From Eledone cirrhosa (taxonomy: Eukaryota), in contig OZ024741.1 in NCBI GenBank assembly GCA_964016885.1, forward strand, positions 43,276,001 through 43,340,000: a stretch of DNA of 64,000 bases. Direction: 5' to 3'. The notes beneath the pieces are model-generated. The model made no database searches, had not been told where the DNA came from, and saw only the letters and a list, made by a program, of their open reading frames with translations. Made by a program: the position numbers and the translations under genes. Of the stretch, positions 55,597-64,000 are shown piece after piece. The first letter of the stretch is position 1; every line of letters begins with the position of its first letter.

Positions 55597-57808
55597 GTGA
55601 GGTTTTTTTACAAAATGAAAAATAACCGAGGTGTCCTACACGAGTGAAAGTATAAAGAAAAAAAAGATGAAATCGAAAATGCAACTGGAGTCTTATTTTT
55701 TTTTTTATATATATTTATTTGTTTTTTTTACCGGTTTCGCAGTTCTGCTTTTCGAAAGTAGATTTGAGATGCAGGGTCTGTGGTTTTTCTCACATCTGAT
55801 TTGTCTTTGAATGTTGCTTGTTTTATATGGAAAAAAGTGACTCGAAACGCCAGGTTTTTAGAGAAGTAATTTGATTGGTTGTTCAATAAGTATAATAAAT
55901 TTCGCGCCAGTTGGCGTTACAAAGTTCTTCATAGAAGTAGGGGGGGGGGGGGGTTTGCTCAGGTTGTTTTTTCATATGAATGTTTGAATTTCTTTTTACT
56001 TAAAAAAGGGGGCTCACAAAGCTTTTTTTTTATAAATGTAATTTGATTGGTTATAAATGAAATTAAGGCTGTCACGTGAACAAGTTAATTAAATTCGCGT
56101 CCGTATTTGAGAATTTATTTTGTAGCCTTTTAAAGAATTTTATTGCAAACAAAATTTAATGGTCAAGAGAAATGGGATGGGACAATTGTTCTGGTTCAGT
56201 GAACATGGCTGGTTCGTTGGGGTGTAAGAATTCAGATTTTCTATTGAAATAAAGAAAGTAGAGATATGTATGTTTATTTGAGTGCTTGTGTGTGTGTGTG
56301 CGCGCGTGTGTGTGTGTATGTGTGTATAGAAAGATGATTCTATTAGTAGAAATGAGGGAGGGAGTTGTGTGTGTGTGTGTGTGTGTATATGGGTGTTATG
56401 TGTGTGTTTGGGGGGGAGTATGTTAAGATGAAGAGAATATATATATTTTGTGTGTGTATGTGTGTAGGAAAGTGATTCTATTAGTAGAAATGGGGGAGGG
56501 AGTTGTGTGTGTGTGTATGTATATCGGTGTTATGTGTGTGTGGGGGGGGGGGGTTAAGAGGAAGAGAATATATATAGTGTGTGTGTGTGTGTGTGTGTGT
56601 AGGAAAATGATTCGGTTAGTAGGAATATATTTTAATGAACATATTTTCCTTATTTTATTCGTATTTGTTCTGTTGTATTGTCAGCGCAAACGTATCTTAA
56701 GGTTTCTTTAGTTCGGGTTTTTATTTTCTAAAGTAGAAGGTGTTATGTGTGTGTGTATGTGTCTGTTTGGATGGTTAGAATGCTATGGTGTTGACATAAT
56801 GTATATTAAACCATATTTAATACTGGTCTATATTTTTGAATAAAAATATTTTCCTTATTTATTCGTATTTGTTCTGTTGTATTGTCAGCGCAAAGGTAAA
56901 ATGGGAAAACTTGGAATTTGGGTGCCTTATTACTTGCGCATATGTCTAGATGTGCGCTTAGTGGTATCTGTCTCGTGGTTGGATCTCGTAATTGTTGGCA
57001 ATGAATGTCATTCTGTTTCTGAGTGTGAGTTTAGTTTGTCCTATATAATCTTCATTGCATCCTTTACATTTAATGGTATAAAGTTGATTTTTTGATGAGC
57101 AAGTGAAGTGATTTTTTACAGTAAAATTTTGTCCTGATTTAAATGTATACGTGTTGCCTTCAATGAGGTGAGTGCAGGTTCCACAATTAGAGTGACCACA
57201 TTTTTTGACAGTTGGTTGTGGGTTTGTGGTAGGTAATTTGGCATTGGTGAGTAATATTTTCAGTGATTTCGGTTGTCTTTTGCTTTTGATTATTTTGTGT
57301 GTTTCAAGGGCTTTTTTCATTATTGGGTCTTGTTTCAGTAGTGGGATGTTCTTGTGAATAGTGTTGTAAGCTTCCGCATTTCTTGGTTGTGTGTTGAAAT
57401 ATAAGATAGAATATTGGACGTACCTTGAATTTGTTTCTGTTTTCGTAATTCATCAATGCCTATTGCTTTAGTCCTTTCTATTCCATTATTTATTAGTACT
57501 GTCTTTCGAGTAGAATTTCCTTTAATTCTTGAAGTTTTTTATTTTGCGTTTCATAATTGGAGACAATTGTGCAAATTCTTCTTGCTAGGATAAAATGAAT
57601 GTTCGTCTTCGTGTTTTTGGATGGTTGGAGGTGAATAGCAGATATTGTTTGGAATCTGTTGGTTTGTAGTGTATGTCAGTTTCAATATTTGTGTCTTTTT
57701 TTGAGATTAAGATGTCCAGTTGATCTTGGGTGTATTCCATTGTGAATTGGATGTGGTTATTGATGCCGTTTATTAAGTTTTTGAAATCATTCAGTAGGTC
57801 GAGTGTGT

Positions 57809-57810
<2 letters not shown>
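55590..57810 (-). mobile_element. Neptune-like PLE, 5'-truncated, decayed (RT C-terminus + GIY-YIG)
   Basis: IQFTMEY..LDILI..TDIHYKPTDSKQYL..SNHP; EN ORF 56958-57320 is homologous to 33022-33537; same 3' end as 31815. Confidence 0.92.
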
Positions 57811-57842
<32 letters not shown>

Positions 57843-57850
57843 TAGATGGG

Positions 57851-57892
<42 letters not shown>

Positions 57893-57893
<1 letters not shown>

Positions 57894-58229
57894 GTAGATG
57901 GGATATTTAATTTGTTGGACAAATATAAGTGTTTATAACTGATTCAGAGCACTCGACAGTTTTCTAGACTAAATATTCAATGATATTAAATAAATGGAAA
58001 CTATATTTATAAAACCATATTTATTCTATTATATATATTTCAAGGGTACCAAAAACTAGTAGTCAAGGAAAATTCAACTGATAAGGTATGTTTCCTTGGC
58101 TATGTCAAAATTCATAAAACACACTGTGTATTTTATCTGATGAAAGCGTACCAAAGGTTTTGGTACCCTTGAAATATATATAATAGAATAAATATGGTTT
58201 TATAAATATTGTTTCCATTTATTTAATAT

Positions 58230-58234
<5 letters not shown>
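57893..58234. mobile_element. Fold-back with HHR (58130-58189, plus) and ~85-nt tail on the left
   Basis: attttat CTGATGA aag-c-gtacca aaggttt tggtac-c-ctt GAAA tatata TA atagaat; inverted half copy at 57978-58054. Confidence 0.88.
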
Positions 58235-58315
<81 letters not shown>

Positions 58316-58319
<4 letters not shown>

Positions 58320-61300
58320 GACGTAAAATAAGAAAATATTTTTTTAAAAAAATTTAAAAAAAATTTTTTTCTTACTTAAATTTTCACTCCAACTAATTAG
58401 TTTCTGCAATGGGATAAAGACAGTTACGTAATCCAACTGTCGAGAATTCATTGCGTCATCAGGAAGTCTATTCTCAGTTAAGTCTCCAGGCAATGCGCGG
58501 ACACTGGCGGCTCATATAAAAATAATAATAATTCGGTAGATCGAACAGCTTGCGAGGACTGGATTCTATGTACCGAAATTCTCACTGCTTCAAGTCAAAT
58601 GGCCGATTCTAAAGAATCAATCACGTGACACAGAGGCTAGTTAGAAGGAATGGGATGGTAAGATGACTGACGCCTACTAACACCCCAAAAAAAATTTTTT
58701 TAGAAGTGGTTTTGACAAGTTTGCTCGACAAATCAGTGATTTGGAGATAAATATAGATAATTTAATATATCAACTAACATAAGCGCACAGATGCACGCCC
58801 ATGCCAGCAAATACACAGGTTATGTCATAGTACCTAGGTGGTTCAATGCAGGAGAATGCAGAACAATAATATAAAGGACGTAAAATAAGAAAATATTTTT
58901 TTAAAAAAATTTAAAAAAATTTTTTTTCTTACTTAAATTTTCACTCCAACTAATTAGTTTCTGCAATGGGATAAAGACAGTTACGTAATCCAACTGTCGA
59001 GAATTCAGAAAGAATTCATTGCAGAAACTAATTAGTTGGAGTGAAAATTTAAGTAAGAAAAAAATTTTTTTTAAATTTTTTTAAAAAAATATTTTCTTAT
59101 TTTACGTCCTTTATATTATTGTTCTGCATTCTCCTGCATTGAACCACCTAGGTACTATGACATAACCTGTGTATTTGCTGGCATGGGCGTGCATCTGTGC
59201 GCTTATGTTAGTTGATATATTAAATTATCTATATTTATCTCCAAATCACTGATTTGTCGAGCAAACTTGTCAAAACCACTTCTAAAAAAATTTTTTTTTT
59301 TTTTTTTTTTTTTTGGGGTGTTAGTAGGCGTCAGTCATCTTACCATCCCATTCCTTCTAACTAGCCTCTGTGTCACGTGATTGATTCTTTAGAATCGGCC
59401 ATTTGACTTGAAGCAGTGAGAATTTCGGTACATAGAATCCAGTCCTCGCAAGCTGTTCGATCTACCGAATTATTATTATTTTTATATGAGCCGCCAGTGT
59501 CCGCGCATTGCCTGGAGACTTAACTGAGAATAGACTTCCTGATGACGCAATGAATTCTCGACAGTTGGATTACGTAACTGTCTTTATCCCATTGCAGAAA
59601 CTAATTAGTTGGAGTGAAAATTTAAGTAAGAAAAAAATTTTTTTTAAATTTTTTTAAAAAAATATTTTCTTATTTTACGTCCTTTATATTATTGTTCTGC
59701 ATTCTCCTGCATTGAACCACCTAGGTACTATGACATAACCTGTGTATTTGCTGGCATGGGCGTGCATCTGTGCGCTTATGTTAGTTGATATATTAAATTA
59801 TCTATATTTATCTCCAAATCACTGATTTGTCGAGCAAACTTGTCAAAACCACTTCTAAAAAAATTTTTTTTTGGGGTGTTAGTAGGCGTCAGTCATCTTA
59901 CCATCCCATTCCTTCTAACTAGCCTCTGTGTCACGTGATTGATTCTTTAGAATCGGCCATTTGACTTGAAGCAGTGAGAATTTCGGTACATAGAATCCAG
60001 TCCTCGCAAGCTGTTCGATCTACCGAATTATTATTATTTTTATATGAGCCGCCAGTGTCCGCGCATTGCCTGGAGACTTAACTGAGAATAGACTTCCTGA
60101 TGACGCAATGAATTCTCGACAGTTGGATTACGTAACTGTCTTTATCCCATTGCAGAAACTAATTAGTTGGAGTGAAAATTTAAGTAAGAAAAAAATTTTT
60201 TTTAAATTTTTTTAAAAAAATATTTTCTTATTTTACGTCCTTTATATTATTGTTCTGCATTCTCCTGCATTGAACCACCTAGGTACTATGACATAACCTG
60301 TGTATTTGCTGGCATGGGCGTGCATCTGTGCGCTTATGTTAGTTGATATATTAAATTATCTATATTTATCTCCAAATCACTGATTTGTCGAGCAAACTTG
60401 TCAAAACCACTTCTAAAAAAATTTTTTTTTGGGGTGTTAGTAGGCGTCAGTCATCTTACCATCCCATTCCTTCTAACTAGCCTCTGTGTCACGTGATTGA
60501 TTCTTTAGAATCGGCCATTTGACTTGAAGCAGTGAGAATTTCGGTACATAGAATCCAGTCCTCGCAAGCTGTTCGATCTACCGAATTATTATTATTTTTA
60601 TATGAGCCGCCAGTGTCCGCGCATTGCCTGGAGACTTAACTGAGAATAGACTTCCTGATGACGCAATGAATTCTCGACAGTTGGATTACGTAACTGTCTT
60701 TATCCCATTGCAGAAACTAATTAGTTGGAGTGAAAATTTAAGTAAGAAAAAAATTTTTTTTAAATTTTTTTAAAAAAATATTTTCTTATTTTACGTCCTT
60801 TATATTATTGTTCTGCATTCTCCTGCATTGAACCACCTAGGTACTATGACATAACCTGTGTATTTGCTGGCATGGGCGTGCATCTGTGCGCTTATGTTAG
60901 TTGATATATTAAATTATCTATATTTATCTCCAAATCACTGATTTGTCGAGCAAACTTGTCAAAACCACTTCTAAAAAAATTTTTTTTTGGGGTGTTAGTA
61001 GGCGTCAGTCATCTTACCATCCCATTCCTTCTAACTAGCCTCTGTGTCACGTGATTGATTCTTTAGAATCGGCCATTTGACTTGAAGCAGTGAGAATTTC
61101 GGTACATAGAATCCAGTCCTCGCAAGCTGTTCGATCTACCGAATTATTATTATTTTTATATGAGCCGCCAGTGTCCGCGCATTGCCTGGAGACTTAACTG
61201 AGAATAGACTTCCTGATGACGCAATGAATTCTCGACAGTTGGATTACGTAACTGTCTTTATCCCATTGCAGAAACTAATTAGTTGGAGTGAAAATTTAAG

Positions 61301-62050
61301 TAAGAAAAAAATTTTTTTTAAATTTTTTTAAAAAAATATTTTCTTATTTTACGTCCTTTATATTATTGTTCTGCATTCTCCTGCATTGAACCACCTAGGT
61401 ACTATGACATAACCTGTGTATTTGCTGGCATGGGCGTGCATCTGTGCGCTTATGTTAGTTGATATATTAAATTATCTATATTTATCTCCAAATCACTGAT
61501 TTGTCGAGCAAACTTGTCAAAACCACTTCTAAAAAAATTTTTTTTTTTTTTTTTTTTTTTTTGGGTGTTAGTAGGCGTCAGTCATCTTACCATCCCATTC
61601 CTTCTAACTAGCCTCTGTGTCACGTGATTGATTCTTTAGAATCGGCCATTTGACTTGAAGCAGTGAGAATTTCGGTACATAGAATCCAGTCCTCGCAAGC
61701 TGTTCGATCTACCGAATTATTATTATTTTTATATGAGCCGCCAGTGTCCGCGCATTGCCTGGAGACTTAACTGAGAATAGACTTCCTGATGACGCAATGA
61801 ATTCTCGACAGTTGGATTACGTAACTGTCTTTATCCCATTGCAGAAACTAATTAGTTGGAGTGAAAATTTAAGTAAGAAAAAAATTTTTTTTAAATTTTT
61901 TTAAAAAAATATTTTCTTATTTTACGTCCTTTATATTATTGTTCTGCATTCTCCTGCATTGAACCACCTAGGTACTATGACATAACCTGTGTATTTGCTG
62001 GCATGGGCGTGCATCTGTGCGCTTATGTTAGTTGATATATTAAATTATCT
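58316..62050. mobile_element. Retrozyme-like array of a 558-bp unit: ~1.2 units minus (58316-59007), then ~5.4 units plus; HHRs at 58386-58467 (minus), 59534-59615, 60092-60173, 60650-60731, 61208-61289, 61781-61862
   Basis: acttc CTGATGA c-gcaatg..gacagtt..aactgtc..cattgc-a GAAAC taatta GTT ggagt. Units look identical except for poly-T length; (TA)n flanks. Confidence 0.92.
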
Positions 62051-62665
62051 ATATATATATATATATGTATATGAGAAATCAAAAACGTAAGTCGATGCTA
62101 ATATCAATTATATCAAAAGAACCACAAGCTTTCATTATGCAGTACAATCGACGCCTGTGCATAGAAGTGAAGGCGAAAATATAAAATAGACGTGGACAAA
62201 AATGGTAGTGCACAACCATTGCATCAAACAAACGTTTGAATGGAACATCGAAATTATCTGTCGTACAACACCATAATTTTCAACGCCAACATCACACGAG
62301 CAGAGGAACACAAATTAGATTTTCTGCTGAATTTTTTATTATGGCTAAATTAAACATTGTTATGACAGTTTACATAAATTGAATTATGATATTGCTTTTG
62401 ATAACTAAAGTCGGAATCCAAATATTTGTCACACTACAAAAGAGAAAAAAAACCGTGTTCAGGGAAGTAACACGAGTGAGCTATTACCATGGATAAATCA
62501 GTTAAAATAAGTTAAAGGAAATTGCACTGAATGGCGTCCCACCAAGCTAACTAAATAATAGAATCATGTCCTGAGAGATGAAATGGTCTTGAGATTTGTG
62601 ATCACACACTCATACCCACCCAATCGCATGCACACATATCCATTATTATGTATATACAGAGACGC

Positions 62666-62744
<79 letters not shown>

Positions 62745-63014
62745 TATATTATTCTCTTCCTTGCTAAGTTACTTTACTTTGATCTAAATACCTATAAATG
62801 TTTAGTTTGAAATTGTCAGAATAGTCTTGGTTGATTGGACATTTTTCCCATTGCCATAGTTAAAATGTAGTAGTAGCAAAATAAGAGACTTTCTATAAAG
62901 TAGTTTTAGATACAATGTCTGAAGTAAAAATCGAATGGTTATAGGCGGAATATCTTTCATCATTGATCTGTTGAAATAAGGTTAATTAAATCTATTCCAA
63001 ACAGGACGCCAAAT

Positions 63015-63330
63015 CGACTAAGTGACTAAGAAATTCACTTCACAGTTGTTAGATCCCGGATTCAATCATATAGTGCGGCATTTTGGGTGAGATTCGTTTT
63101 TCACAACCTTCAGACGACCCAAGTTTCCGAGTTAAATTTATAAGACGTCACTTTGTGGAAACCTGCCGCATGGCCTGTACATGCAATTCGAAGGGATTGA
63201 CTTGTTAAACACCGTGTTACACCGAATCCCAATGAGGTTAATGTTAAACCTGCTGCACACAGCCATGGAGCGCTGAACGGATTTCTCGTTATTTTCACGA
63301 ATAAGTGGAACAGTCATTGTTGAAACCGCC
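63015..63330 (+). mobile_element. Decayed tRNA-derived SINE
   Basis: A-box-like ctaagtgactaag and B-box-like ggattcaatc, followed by gcggcattttggg..gacgacccaag; weak similarity only. Confidence 0.45.
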
Positions 63331-64000
63331 GGAGCTATCTTCTATACTCTTCCACGCTGTTCTATTCCATTTATAACATATTCGTAATCATTTTCCAAAT
63401 CTCTTATTATATTCTAACTAATCCTAGTATCATGGTTACTTTTATAAAGAGATCTACATAGTAGACATATATGATATATTAACCATAGATTATGTGACGT
63501 GACTCATGTTATTGTTAGTCTTTACAATTTATATTTGCACTTCCCTAACGAAACTCTGAAGATTTCGTTTCAATTTTCATTGCGCTTAATACATTTCTCA
63601 TTGCGTTGGATATATAACTTTCGGCATTAATTTTTCAATGATTATCAAAATTATCGACAAATAGATTGTTTAAATGTCAAATATTTAATTTAATGCCAAA
63701 ATTGATCAAAAGAAAATATTTCTTATTTTAAAAGTCATTGCAGCTATTTAATTGAAGAAACTCAATATCTCCCATATTCTGATTTCCCCCTTCAAGCTAA
63801 ATGTTATTTGATAAATAGATCAACTTATAGTAATATTTTAATCAATGCAAAACATTGAAACTATTAGATTTCTAATTTTATATCACATTTGTATTCACGT
63901 ATACTGGGGATTAGAAGGGAACCAGGAGGGGGTACACAACGATTAAGTGTAATCTAAAAAAAATGATATTCCGGTATTAGATGTAAATTCATTACCAATG

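Noticed and set aside
58316-62050. Regular repeats as a CRISPR array
   Set aside because: Units are 558 bp with no unique spacers, in a eukaryotic context.
63110-63298. 62-aa ORF resembling a signal-peptide protein
   Set aside because: Lies antisense within a probable decayed SINE, with a non-ATG start.

Overview
AT-rich eukaryotic (animal) non-genic DNA saturated with (TA)n/(CA)n/(GA)n microsatellites. The SINE types and repeat style suggest a cephalopod such as octopus (inference). No host protein-coding gene can be supported, and most ORF-track entries are microsatellite translations. The window is dominated by Penelope-like retroelements (PLEs; RT + GIY-YIG) of two types: a CxC-x5-C-x5-C/YRDD type resembling the (TA)n-targeting 'Hydra' group, and a Neptune-like CCHH type. 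There are also many non-coding derivatives, nearly all sitting in (TA)n. Reading by eye I find about 15 sequence families of type I hammerhead ribozymes (HHR) or HHR-like motifs, of variable quality. These include U3:A8 core variants, a CUGA-GA variant, a CAGAAGA variant and versions with greatly extended stem II. Three retrozyme-like tandem arrays carry one HHR per unit (591, 558 and 637 bp). About ten insertions share one fold-back architecture: a tail-less inverted arm plus an arm with a 55-120 nt tail, with the junction often in the ribozyme stem II. One PLE has an in-frame TGA exactly at a conserved zinc-ligand Cys in both arms (selenocysteine candidate, no SECIS confirmed). Also present are decayed LINEs, tRNA-derived SINEs, two MITEs and a Helitron-like element. 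All RNA structures were folded by eye and are not computed.
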